From the NCBI GenBank assembly GCA_035512695.1, contig DATKDL010000227.1, forward strand, positions 6,941-70,940: DNA of 64,000 bases, read 5' to 3'. Source of the stretch: Anaerolineales bacterium. GTDB taxonomy: Bacteria > Chloroflexota > Anaerolineae > Anaerolineales > JABWBV01. A program made the translations under genes and the position numbers. Positions 29,247 through 37,127 of this stretch are shown one piece after another; position 1 is the stretch's first letter, and every line of letters begins with the position of its first letter. The notes under the pieces are model-generated. The model was not told where the DNA came from. It searched no databases and saw nothing but the letters and a program-made list of their open reading frames with translations.

Positions 29247-29773
29247 TCGACAGGTAGCTCCCAGCCGTACCCCGTCTCCTCCAGGTCCACCCCGACGATC
29301 CGGACCACCCGGCGCGTCTCAAAAACTCCCCCTCTCGCCTCGTAGAACCGGCAGCCGAGCTCGTTTTCCGTGAGCACCCAGACCAGCATGCGGGAGAAGC
29401 CGGCCATGACCAGCGCTGCAGCCAGGAGGCGGAAGAGCTCGGTTCCGATCCCGCGCCGTTGGAATTCCTCCAGGATGTACAGGGCGTAGAGTTCGCCGTC
29501 GAAGGGCAGGCGGTCTGTGCGGCGCAGCGTCTCTTCTCGCTCCGGCCCGCCGGCGACGAAGCCGACGATCTCCTCGCCATCGACCACCACGAAAATATAA
29601 TTGGCCCCCCTCGTGATGCTCTCCGTCCAGGCCTCTGCCCGGCGCTCCACCGACAGGTTGGCCAGCGTCTCGTCCGGGATCAACCCGACGTAGGTCGTCC
29701 GCCAACCGGACACGTGGACGCGGGCGATCCCGTCCGCATCGTCTTCTTCGGCGGGCCGGTACTGCAGGGTCAT
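29234..29773 (-). CDS. GNAT family N-acetyltransferase
   Basis: Acetyl-CoA motif QRRGIGTELFRLL. 179 aa. Overlaps the upstream ATPase gene by 4 nt. Confidence 0.85.
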   Translation of the reverse strand: MTLQYRPAEEDDADGIARVHVSGWRTTYVGLIPDETLANLSVERRAEAWTESITRGANYIFVVVDGEEIVGFVAGGPEREETLRRTDRLPFDGELYALYILEEFQRRGIGTELFRLLAAALVMAGFSRMLVWVLTENELGCRFYEARGGVFETRRVVRIVGVDLEETGYGWELPVDQER

Positions 29774-30828
29774 TTCCGGTTTGCGACAGCCTGCCCCAGG
29801 TGGTAGCAGGCCAGCGGATGGCCGGGCTCCAGCCGGATCCGGACCGGCGTCCCGGGGCGGATCAGCTCGGTGTGCGCCTTCATCGCGTGCAGCAGCCGGC
29901 CGGACGGCAGCCGCAGCCGGTAGATGTTGTATGCGCCTTTGAAATGGCGGGCCAGGACCATCGATTCCCCGGCCTCGCTCTGCTCGAAGACGACGTCGTC
30001 GAAGCGGACGGCGACCTCCACCTCGGTGCCCGGGGGGAGGTCCAGCCGCTGGTCGAGCAGCCCGATCTCGGTCTCGACCCCGTCTTCCCGAACGACGCCG
30101 GGCAGGAAATCGGTGCTGCCGATGAACTCGGCCACGAAACGGGTCTGCGGGGTGTGGAAGATCTCATCCGGCGCGCCGGTCTGGACGATCCGGCCCCGGT
30201 CCATGACGGCCAGGCGGTCGCCGAGGAAAAGCGCCTCTTCCTGGTCGTGGGTGACGAAGACGGCAGTCGAGCCGGTGGCTTTCAGGATGGCACGGACGTC
30301 TTCGCGCACCTGTGCCCTCCGGTCAGCGTCCAGGTTGCTGAAGGGCTCGTCCAACAGGATCAGGACCGGTTTGGTCGCCAGGGCGCGGGCGAGCGCAACG
30401 CGCTGCCGCTCGCCGCCGGAGAGCTCGTGCGGGTAGCGGTCTCCGAAACGTTCGAGCCCGGTCAGCCGGAGCAGGTAGGCGATCTGCCGTGAGGAGTCTT
30501 TTCCGTCCAGCCCGAAGGCGATGTTCTCGGCGGCGGTCAGGTGCGGAAACAGGGCGTGCTCCTGGAAGACCATCCCGACGCCGCGTTTCTCGGGAGGGAC
30601 GAAACGCCCGCCTCCGGCCACCATCCGCCCGGCAATGGCGATCTCCCCGGCATCCGGCCGGATAAAACCGGCGATCAGCCGCAGAGTCGTCGTCTTCCCG
30701 CAGCCGCTGGGGCCGAGAAGCGCCAGGATCTCGCCTTCCCGGACCTCCAGGTCCAGGTCGTAGACGGCCGGGATCTCCCCGTCGAAGGTCTTGGTCAGAC
30801 CCCGGCAGACGACGGCGAAATCATCCAT
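29770..30828 (-). CDS. ABC importer ATP-binding protein (FbpC/PotA-like, with C-terminal TOBE-like domain)
   Basis: Walker A GPSGCGKTT, signature LSGGERQRVALARAL, Walker B LLDEPFSNLD. Confidence 0.9.
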   Translation of the reverse strand: MDDFAVVCRGLTKTFDGEIPAVYDLDLEVREGEILALLGPSGCGKTTTLRLIAGFIRPDAGEIAIAGRMVAGGGRFVPPEKRGVGMVFQEHALFPHLTAAENIAFGLDGKDSSRQIAYLLRLTGLERFGDRYPHELSGGERQRVALARALATKPVLILLDEPFSNLDADRRAQVREDVRAILKATGSTAVFVTHDQEEALFLGDRLAVMDRGRIVQTGAPDEIFHTPQTRFVAEFIGSTDFLPGVVREDGVETEIGLLDQRLDLPPGTEVEVAVRFDDVVFEQSEAGESMVLARHFKGAYNIYRLRLPSGRLLHAMKAHTELIRPGTPVRIRLEPGHPLACYHLGQAVANRK

Positions 30829-31198
30829 ATCCGGTCCCTTCCACCAGGACTTCGATCAATGGGCTATCTTCGATAAATTGCTCGAGCTGGCCCTGCCGGT
30901 TCCAGCGCTCGACGACCCGCGTGAGGACCGCCCGGCGCTCGGCCGGTTCCGTGATCGGCCTGGCGGTCGCGGCGAGGTCCGCCTGCGCGCTCTGCTTGAG
31001 GTGAAAAGTGAACTGCGGATCGGCGAGCAGGTTGGCGAACCAATCGCGCCGGCCGGGCATTCCGCTGATGTAGATCGTCCCGTCCAGATAGTGGAAGGTG
31101 ATCTCGATCCGGTGAGGTTCGCCGGACTTGCGGCCGGTGGTGGTGATATCGACCAGGCGGTCGGTTTGGAGGGCGTTTTCGATTTTTTCGATATCCAT
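30821..31198 (-). CDS. Nitroreductase-family deazaflavin-dependent oxidoreductase-like (DUF385/DDN split-barrel)
   Basis: TTTGRKSGEPHRIEITFHYLDGTIYISG...WFANLLADPQ matches the DDN-family core pattern. Overlaps the ATPase start by 8 nt. Confidence 0.7.
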   Translation of the reverse strand: MDIEKIENALQTDRLVDITTTGRKSGEPHRIEITFHYLDGTIYISGMPGRRDWFANLLADPQFTFHLKQSAQADLAATARPITEPAERRAVLTRVVERWNRQGQLEQFIEDSPLIEVLVEGTGYG

Positions 31199-31220
31199 CG
31201 TATTCTTTCCACACCGGTAC

Positions 31221-31283
31221 CGGAAATTTCGAACCGCAGCGGGGTGGTTCTGCGAACCACCCCGCTGCGGTTCGAAATTTCCG
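31221..31283 (-). terminator. 30-bp perfect hairpin between permease and DDN-like genes
   Basis: CGGAAATTTCGAACCGCAGCGGGGTGGTTC, loop TGC, then the exact reverse complement. Confidence 0.7.
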
Positions 31284-31291
31284 ATTCTTTA

Positions 31292-32842
31292 TCAGAGATC
31301 TCTGCGGAGAATCAGAATCCCCATCGGGACAGAGGATACCACGATCAAGAGCAGCGCGGGTACGGCGGCTCGGGCGAAGAAGACGGCGTTGACGGCGCCC
31401 CAGACCGACGTGGCCAGGGTTCCGAAGCCGATCGGGCTCAAGATCAGGGTCGCCGGGAGTTCCTTCATCGCGGTCAGGAAGACGAGGGCGGCGCCGGAGA
31501 GCAGCCCCGGGCGCACGATCGGCAGGATCACCCGGCGAAATACCGTCAGCGGCGAGCGGCCCAGGCTGCGGCCGGCCTCTTCCAGGTTTGGGTGGACCTG
31601 TTTCAGGGAGGTCTGGACGGCGCCGGTGGCTTGCGGGAGGAACAGGACCAGGTAGGCGAAGATCAGCATGGGGATGGTCTGGTACAGCCAGGGCGCGTAG
31701 TTGGCCCCGAAAAAGACCAGCGCCAGGGCGATGACGACCCCCGGCAGCGCAAAACCGATGTAGGAAACCCGGTCCAGCAGCCCGGCCAACCGCCCAGGCC
31801 GCCGGACGGACAGCACCGAGACAGGCAGCGCCGCAGCCACGATCACGACCGCCGCCGCGGCGGAGACGGCCAGCGAGTTGAAGGTCGCCCCCCAGTGTCG
31901 GCCGAGCTGCTCGCCGGCCGCAAACCCGCGCACCAGCCAGAAGCCCAGGTTGGCGGCAGGGATGACGAGCGAAACCAGCACGACGAACCCGCAGAAAAGG
32001 ACGGCCGGGAGCTTCCAGCGCCCGAGCGGCAGGATCGCCGGCGGGCGTTTGAAAGAACCCGAGCTATACAGCCTGTGCGCCTGCTGCGTCCGCTGCTCGA
32101 TCCATATCATCCCGATCGTCACCGCCACCAGGACCAGCGCCAGCCCGGCTGCGGCGGAGCGGTCGATCAGCGATTGGTACTGGATGTAGATGACCCGTGT
32201 GAAGGAATCGTAGCGCATGATCGCCACCGCACCGAAATCCCGCAGTGCGTAGAGGGCGACCAGCAGGCTCCCCGCCGCGAGACCCGGGCGCATCTGCGGG
32301 AAGGTCACCTTCCAGAAAGTGTCCCACGCCGTCCGGCCCAGGCTGCGTGAGGCCTCTTCAAGCGCCGGGTCCATCCCAAGCAGCGAGGCGCGGACGCTCA
32401 GCAGGGTGTACGGGTAACTTAAAAGGGTCAGGACGGTCAGCGCCCCGGGGAAGCCGTAGATCGATGGCAGACGCTCCACCCCCAGCGGTTCGAGCCAGCC
32501 CTGGAGCAGGCCGCGCGGGCCGATCGTCGAGACCATAAGGTAAGCCCCGATATAGCTCGGGATCACGAGCGGCAGGGCGGTCAGCACGGCCCAGAAGCGG
32601 CGTAAAGGCAGGTCCGTCCGGACGGTCAGCCAGGCCAGGGGCGTGGCAAGCAGGGCGGAGCAGAAGGCCACTCCGATCGCCAGGGCGAGGCTGTTGCCCA
32701 AAACGGCGGCATTTTGCGGGCGGAAGACGGTCTCCCACAGCCCCTGGCTCCCACTCGCAGCCCGGATGACCAGGTACACGACCGGAACCAGCAGGCTCGC
32801 CGCCACCAGCGCCGCGGGGAGCCAGAGCAGCAGGCTGCGCAA
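31292..32842 (-). CDS. Fe(III)/thiamine-type ABC importer permease (duplicated two-domain FbpB-like)
   Basis: Two tandem binding-protein-dependent permease domains. Start set to TTG 32842, just after the hairpin. The track start 32977 reads through the hairpin and the SBP stop region. Start uncertain. Confidence 0.8.
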   Translation of the reverse strand: MRSLLLWLPAALVAASLLVPVVYLVIRAASGSQGLWETVFRPQNAAVLGNSLALAIGVAFCSALLATPLAWLTVRTDLPLRRFWAVLTALPLVIPSYIGAYLMVSTIGPRGLLQGWLEPLGVERLPSIYGFPGALTVLTLLSYPYTLLSVRASLLGMDPALEEASRSLGRTAWDTFWKVTFPQMRPGLAAGSLLVALYALRDFGAVAIMRYDSFTRVIYIQYQSLIDRSAAAGLALVLVAVTIGMIWIEQRTQQAHRLYSSGSFKRPPAILPLGRWKLPAVLFCGFVVLVSLVIPAANLGFWLVRGFAAGEQLGRHWGATFNSLAVSAAAAVVIVAAALPVSVLSVRRPGRLAGLLDRVSYIGFALPGVVIALALVFFGANYAPWLYQTIPMLIFAYLVLFLPQATGAVQTSLKQVHPNLEEAGRSLGRSPLTVFRRVILPIVRPGLLSGAALVFLTAMKELPATLILSPIGFGTLATSVWGAVNAVFFARAAVPALLLIVVSSVPMGILILRRDL

Positions 32843-32862
32843 AGAGGGTTTTGATGATGTGA

Positions 32863-32913
32863 AAAAAACGGACTTGCGCACCGGGCTTCGCCCCGTGCGC
32901 AAGTCCGTTTTTT
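32863..32913 (-). terminator. Hairpin between SBP and permease genes
   Basis: AAAAAACGGACTTGCGCAC / GTGCGCAAGTCCGTTTTTT: 19 bp, plus an apical GGG-CTTCG-CCC. Confidence 0.6.
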
Positions 32914-32942
32914 CGGTTACAGGCGGCAGCATCGTCGAGTGA

Positions 32943-33944
32943 TCAAGGCAGCGCTCCTGTCGATTGCAGCAGCTCAACCGTGCCGGCCAAATCCTCCAGG
33001 TCGGCCAGGTTGATCGCCGGACTGGTCAGGCTTTCCAGAACCGGAAGTTCACTCGGTAGGGCCACGCCCGCGATGACCGGGTATTCGAAGGTCTCTTCGG
33101 CGAAGTAAGCCTGGGCGGTCGTCCCCAGCAGGAAGTCCAGGAACGCCTGGGCGTATTCCTCATTGTCGCTGGAGGCCAGTACACCGGCCCCGGCGACCAT
33201 AACCAGCGACCCGGGCCCCCCGGAGTCCAGGAAAGCGTTGCGGGCGGAGAAGCTCTCCCCTTCCTCGGCTAGAAAGCGGTAGAGGTAATAATGATTGACG
33301 AATCCGACTTCGACCTCACCCGCCGCGACGGCGGCGACGATCGATGTATTGTTCTCATAGACGACCGGGTTGTTTGCGATGATGCCCTCCAGCCAGGCGC
33401 GGGCCTCGTCCTCACCCCAGATCTGGCGCATCGCGGTGACCATAACCTGGAGCGAGCCGTTGGTCGGCGCCCAGCCGATCCGGCCGGACCAGGCCGGGTC
33501 GGTGAAGCCCATGATATCGTCGGGCAGGTCATCCGCGGAGAGCATATCCGTATTGTAAACGACGACCCGGGAGCGCCCGGAGATGCCGACCCAGGTCCCT
33601 TCGGGAGAGCGGAAGCCGGGCGGAACCCGGTCCAGCAGGTCGTCCGGCAGTTCTGCGAACAGGCCGGCGGCGGCCACGGCGCCGAGACCGCCGGGGTCCT
33701 GCGCCCAGAAAAGGTCGGCGGGCGAATTGGCGCCCTCCTCGAGGATCGTGGCGGCCATCTCGGCCGTCCCACCGTAGCGGACCTCGACCTCGATCCCGGT
33801 CTCGGTGGTGAACTGTTCGATGATCGGGGCGACCAGGCTCTCGCTGCGGCCCGAGTAGAGGACGAGGGGGGTTTCCTCCTGCGGGCTGCAGGCGGCGAGC
33901 GGAAGCAGGACGGCGAACAGAAACAGGTAACGAAAAATCTTCAT
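32943..33944 (-). CDS. Fe(III)-type ABC importer substrate-binding lipoprotein (FbpA/AfuA-like)
   Basis: MKIFRYLFLFAVLLPLAAC lipoprotein signal with AAGGAG 7 nt upstream. Periplasmic-binding fold sequence (LVLYSGRSE...). The track start 34181 is an extension. Confidence 0.85.
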   Translation of the reverse strand: MKIFRYLFLFAVLLPLAACSPQEETPLVLYSGRSESLVAPIIEQFTTETGIEVEVRYGGTAEMAATILEEGANSPADLFWAQDPGGLGAVAAAGLFAELPDDLLDRVPPGFRSPEGTWVGISGRSRVVVYNTDMLSADDLPDDIMGFTDPAWSGRIGWAPTNGSLQVMVTAMRQIWGEDEARAWLEGIIANNPVVYENNTSIVAAVAAGEVEVGFVNHYYLYRFLAEEGESFSARNAFLDSGGPGSLVMVAGAGVLASSDNEEYAQAFLDFLLGTTAQAYFAEETFEYPVIAGVALPSELPVLESLTSPAINLADLEDLAGTVELLQSTGALP

Positions 33945-34114
33945 GTAGATGCTCCTTTTGAACCGATCCGAATATTCGGAGGCCGGGCGATTTGGGGGTA
34001 GAATTATGAGCCGGGACAGGAGCGCCGCTCCCATCCGGACTTGAATCTCCCGGGTACGAGCGACAGTATATCGGCAGGGTGCGTCCTTTCCTACTACCTT
34101 GTATTGAATTTCAC

Positions 34115-34131
34115 TTTCAACCTGGTTGAAA
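34115..34131. promoter_or_regulatory. 17-bp perfect palindrome, candidate operator
   Basis: TTTCAACCTGGTTGAAA in the divergent SBP/DtxR intergenic region. Confidence 0.25.
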
Positions 34132-34139
34132 TCTGATTG

Positions 34140-34188
34140 CTGGAAAATGGGGCATGAATGTCGAAACCATTCATGCCCCATTTTCCAG
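34140..34188. promoter_or_regulatory. 49-nt perfect palindrome abutting the DtxR-family gene start
   Basis: CTGGAAAATGGGGCATGAATG, loop TCGAAAC, CATTCATGCCCCATTTTCCAG: 21-bp arms. It ends 6 nt before ATG 34195. It shares its outer module with hairpin 58732-58788 (a looser variant occurs at 43284-43336). Confidence 0.5.
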
Positions 34189-34194
34189 AATATT

Positions 34195-34929
34195 ATGAAA
34201 ATTTCTCAGACCATGCGCCGTTATGCGGCCGAGATCTACCGCCTGCAGCAGGACCACCCCTACGCGCCGCTTTCGTCGGTGGCGGAGCATGTCGACGCGT
34301 CGCTGCAAGCCGTCTCGCGGATGGTCATCCGGATGGAGCAGGCAGGGTTGGTGACGCGCGAGCCGTACCGGGGGATGCGGCTCACGCCGGAGGGGGAAAG
34401 GGAAGCTATGCCGGCGCTGCGCCGGCACCGGCTGACGGAGGTCTTCCTGGTCAAGGTGATGAACTTCGGCTGGGAGGAGGCCCACGAACTGACCGACCAT
34501 TTCGAGCGCGGGATCGACGAGACCCTGGAGGACCGGATCGACGAACTGACCGGGCGCCCGACCCGCTGCCCACACGGGGAGGCGATCCCGTCGAAGGACG
34601 GCGTCATGCCGGTGGTCAACGATACGGCGCTCGTCAACCTTCAGCCGGGGGAGGCCGGGCACATCAGCCGGGTCCGGACGCACGACCCCGACAAGCTGCG
34701 CTACCTGGCGGCGGAGGGGCTGGTCCCGGGGACCGGGTTCAAGGTCGTCGGCCGGGCGCCGTTCAACGGGCCGCTGCGGGTGCTGGTGGACAGCAGGGAA
34801 TATGTCTTAGGGCCGGAGCTTTCGGCCTGGATCTGGGTGGAGCGGCTGGACGGGGAGATCGACCCGAGTTTGTGCAACCGGACGGGGTGCCCGCTACCGA
34901 AGGCGACGCATTTATATCTGAAAAAGTAG
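34195..34929 (+). CDS. DtxR/MntR-family metal-dependent transcriptional regulator with FeoA/SH3-like C-terminal domain
   Basis: N-terminal wHTH (YAAEIYRLQQDHPYAPLSSVAEHVDASLQAVSRMVIRMEQAGLV), metal-site region RRHRLTEVFL, and C-terminal GEAGHISRV...GLVPGTGFKVV. Confidence 0.85.
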   Translation: MKISQTMRRYAAEIYRLQQDHPYAPLSSVAEHVDASLQAVSRMVIRMEQAGLVTREPYRGMRLTPEGEREAMPALRRHRLTEVFLVKVMNFGWEEAHELTDHFERGIDETLEDRIDELTGRPTRCPHGEAIPSKDGVMPVVNDTALVNLQPGEAGHISRVRTHDPDKLRYLAAEGLVPGTGFKVVGRAPFNGPLRVLVDSREYVLGPELSAWIWVERLDGEIDPSLCNRTGCPLPKATHLYLKK

Positions 34930-34964
34930 ACCAACCGGGGCCGGCCCCGTATGGTCTACTTTTT
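34921..34964. terminator. Bidirectional terminator between the DtxR-family gene and the loader gene
   Basis: AAAAAGTAGACCA / TGGTCTACTTTTT outer stem with an inner GGGGCCGGCCCC palindrome. Spans both stop codons. Confidence 0.65.
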
Positions 34965-36433
34965 CATTGCTTCTTCTTGCCCCCCCGATACGGCGGCACC
35001 GTCAGCGCGTAGATCCGCGCCACCCGCTGGTCCAGCATCCGGCTGGCGATGTAGGGTTCGTTCTTGTAAAGGTTCTCCAGCGTGTCCGCCGTGGTCACCA
35101 CCGTCGGGAGCTCGCGCACGTGCCGGTGGTTGAACAGCTGGTTCAGCTTCTCCCGCACCCAGTTCGTCATCGACTGCCTACCCAGGTCGTCCAGCAGCAG
35201 CAAGGGGACGTCCTTGAAGCTGTCGAACTGGCGGTCATAGCGGCTGCGGTTTTCCGGGGCAAACGTCGCCCGCAGTTCGTCCAGCAGGTCGGGGATGCTG
35301 ACGAGCAGCGGCGGGTATCCCAGCCCGGCGCGGTAGTTGCCGATCGCGGCGGCCAGGTGGGTTTTCCCGGTCCCGTTCGCGCCCATCAGGATCAGCCAGC
35401 CGTGCGGGCTCTCGGCGAACTGGCGGGCGGACTTGAAGGCCATGGCGAGCGAGCGGACTTCGTCCGCCGGGAGGCCTTCCCCGCCCCGCTCCTCGAAGTT
35501 CCCGAAGGTCAGTTGCGCGAAATGCGGCAGGGAGGACAGCTCGTGGTGCCCGGTGTCGTCAGCCGGGCGGCGGTAATCCGGGGACTGGATCGTGACGCGG
35601 GTGACCAGCTCCGGGTCCTGCAACCGGGAGCGCAGGCGCGGCTCGACCTCGTCGAGCGGGAGGTTGGTGGTCACCACCAGGGGGAGCTTGTTTGTGTAGC
35701 GGTAGTTGAGGATCTGGAATAGCTTCTCCCCGGCCCATTCGGTCGCGTTCTGGGTGCCGAAATCGTCCAGGACGAGCAGCGGGGCGCGGCGGACGGCCTC
35801 AAATCGCTCTTCGAAGGTCTCCTCGGTGGAGCTGTAGGCGAAACGGAGCTGGTCGAGCAGGTCCGGGACGGTGAGGAAAAGGGCCGGGACGCCGAGCGAG
35901 GCAGATTCGTTGGTGATCGCGGCCGCCAGGTGGGTCTTCCCGCAGCCGTAGCCGCCCTGCAGGACCAGCCAGCCGTCCTGGCTCTGCGCGAACTGGCGAG
36001 CCTGGTTGAAAGCCCGTTCGAGCGAATCGGCCTGGTAAGGGCCAATCCCGATCCGGCCGCGCGGCTGGAAGGCCTCAAAGGTCAGGTTCTCGAGCCGGTT
36101 GAGGTGGCTGAGGGCGAAGAGCTTTTCGCGCGCCCGCGCTTCGATCTCCGGTTGGCGGCACGAGCAAACGTGCATCCGGCCGAACTCGGGATGGCCGACC
36201 GGGACGTCGTAGCTGATGTAGCCGATCCCGCGGCAGTGCGGGCAGTCCGGGTCGCCCAGGCGGCCGGGCAGGTCCGCGGGCGACCGCGGCGCCGGGGTTT
36301 CGTCCGCGGCCGGTTTATCTTTCGACAAAGATTTATCTCTCGATAAAGATTTATCTCTCGATAAATTCCGAGAACTCGCCTTCGATATATTTTCGGCCGC
36401 TTGTTTCAGCGGCTTGTCGATCTTCCCGGTCAT
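34964..36433 (-). CDS. DnaC/DnaI-like helicase loader homologue with zinc-ribbon N-terminus and two tandem AAA+ modules
   Basis: CPHC..(x23)..CSC cluster. Module 1: GGYGCGKTHLAAA, LLVLDDFG, VVTTN. Module 2: GANGTGKTHLAAA, LLLLDDLG, VVTTA. ATG 36433 overlaps the upstream gene by 83 nt; the alternative TTG at 36328 would remove the overlap. Confidence 0.8.
   Translation of the reverse strand: MTGKIDKPLKQAAENISKASSRNLSRDKSLSRDKSLSKDKPAADETPAPRSPADLPGRLGDPDCPHCRGIGYISYDVPVGHPEFGRMHVCSCRQPEIEARAREKLFALSHLNRLENLTFEAFQPRGRIGIGPYQADSLERAFNQARQFAQSQDGWLVLQGGYGCGKTHLAAAITNESASLGVPALFLTVPDLLDQLRFAYSSTEETFEERFEAVRRAPLLVLDDFGTQNATEWAGEKLFQILNYRYTNKLPLVVTTNLPLDEVEPRLRSRLQDPELVTRVTIQSPDYRRPADDTGHHELSSLPHFAQLTFGNFEERGGEGLPADEVRSLAMAFKSARQFAESPHGWLILMGANGTGKTHLAAAIGNYRAGLGYPPLLVSIPDLLDELRATFAPENRSRYDRQFDSFKDVPLLLLDDLGRQSMTNWVREKLNQLFNHRHVRELPTVVTTADTLENLYKNEPYIASRMLDQRVARIYALTVPPYRGGKKKQ
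36313..36366. repeat. 3 x 18-bp tandem repeat across the dnaD-like stop / loader 5' end
   Basis: GTTTATCTTTCGACAAAG, ATTTATCTCTCGATAAAG, ATTTATCTCTCGATAAAT. It encodes SRDKSL repeats in the loader frame. Confidence 0.75.
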
Positions 36434-37046
36434 TTCGTCCTTTTTCGCGCCACGAGTGCAGGATCGCTTCGACGTAGCGCCACTTGCGCACGTTGTTCGA
36501 TAGGGCGATCGCGAGCGCGTCCTCGATCCATTCCGGCGGGTACTCAGCCTCGGCCTCCCGCAAGGTGTCCGCCAGCAGCGGGGTCAGCGGGCCGATGTTC
36601 TTCTCGTAAAGTTGGAATATATTCGGCCGCTCCGGCAGAGGTTCCGGGATCTCTTCGTCGTCCGGTCCCCACCGGCCTTCCTCCAGCCCCCGCAGGGCGG
36701 CCCGGCCGCGCGGCGAGTTGAGCAGGTAAAGCATCTGCTCCTCTTCGCCGCCCCGGAATACACCCCGCAGCAGGATCCCCCGGGCGACGGCCCGCTCGAG
36801 CGAGTCGGCGATGGCCGCCTTCCGCTCCGCCGGCGTCTCCCCGAAACCGGCTGTGAAATCCGCATCTCCCAACACGGCTTCCGGATCCAGGTACGGCTGC
36901 GGCGCTTCCTGCCGCTCGAGCCGGTGCAGGGCGTACAGGCTGATCTTGAGTTCGCCGAGGTGGTCAATGGCGGGGAGCAGGTCGTGGAAGAAGGCGGACG
37001 GGACCGCCGTGGCGCCGCGATTTGATTCAAATCCTGAAAACGGCAT
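36351..37046 (-). CDS. DnaD-domain replication protein (DnaD/DnaB_2-like)
   Basis: C-terminal WIEDALAIALSNNVRKWRYVEAILHSWREKG matches the DnaD/phage replisome-organiser domain. GGAGGA upstream of ATG 37046. Sits between dnaB and the loader. Confidence 0.7.
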   Translation of the reverse strand: MPFSGFESNRGATAVPSAFFHDLLPAIDHLGELKISLYALHRLERQEAPQPYLDPEAVLGDADFTAGFGETPAERKAAIADSLERAVARGILLRGVFRGGEEEQMLYLLNSPRGRAALRGLEEGRWGPDDEEIPEPLPERPNIFQLYEKNIGPLTPLLADTLREAEAEYPPEWIEDALAIALSNNVRKWRYVEAILHSWREKGRNDREDRQAAETSGRKYIEGEFSEFIER

Positions 37047-37066
37047 ATTCCTCCAGGAAAAATTTT

Positions 37067-37117
37067 GAAAAAACGATGGTCAGGTGGGACGTAGCCCCAC
37101 CTGACCATCGTTTTTTC
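37067..37117 (-). terminator. 22-bp perfect hairpin between dnaB and the dnaD-like gene
   Basis: GAAAAAACGATGGTCAGGTGGG, 7-nt loop, CCCACCTGACCATCGTTTTTTC. Confidence 0.7.
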
Positions 37118-37127
37118 GGTCCTTTTT

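Noticed and set aside
33945-34139. Possible riboswitch (TPP or cobalamin) in the ~190-nt leader of the ABC substrate-binding gene.
   Set aside because: I could not find the TPP CUGAGA/ACCUGAUCUGGAUAAUGCCAGC elements or a B12 box. A divergent DtxR-family regulator and palindromes make protein-mediated metal control more likely. A covariance-model scan would be decisive.
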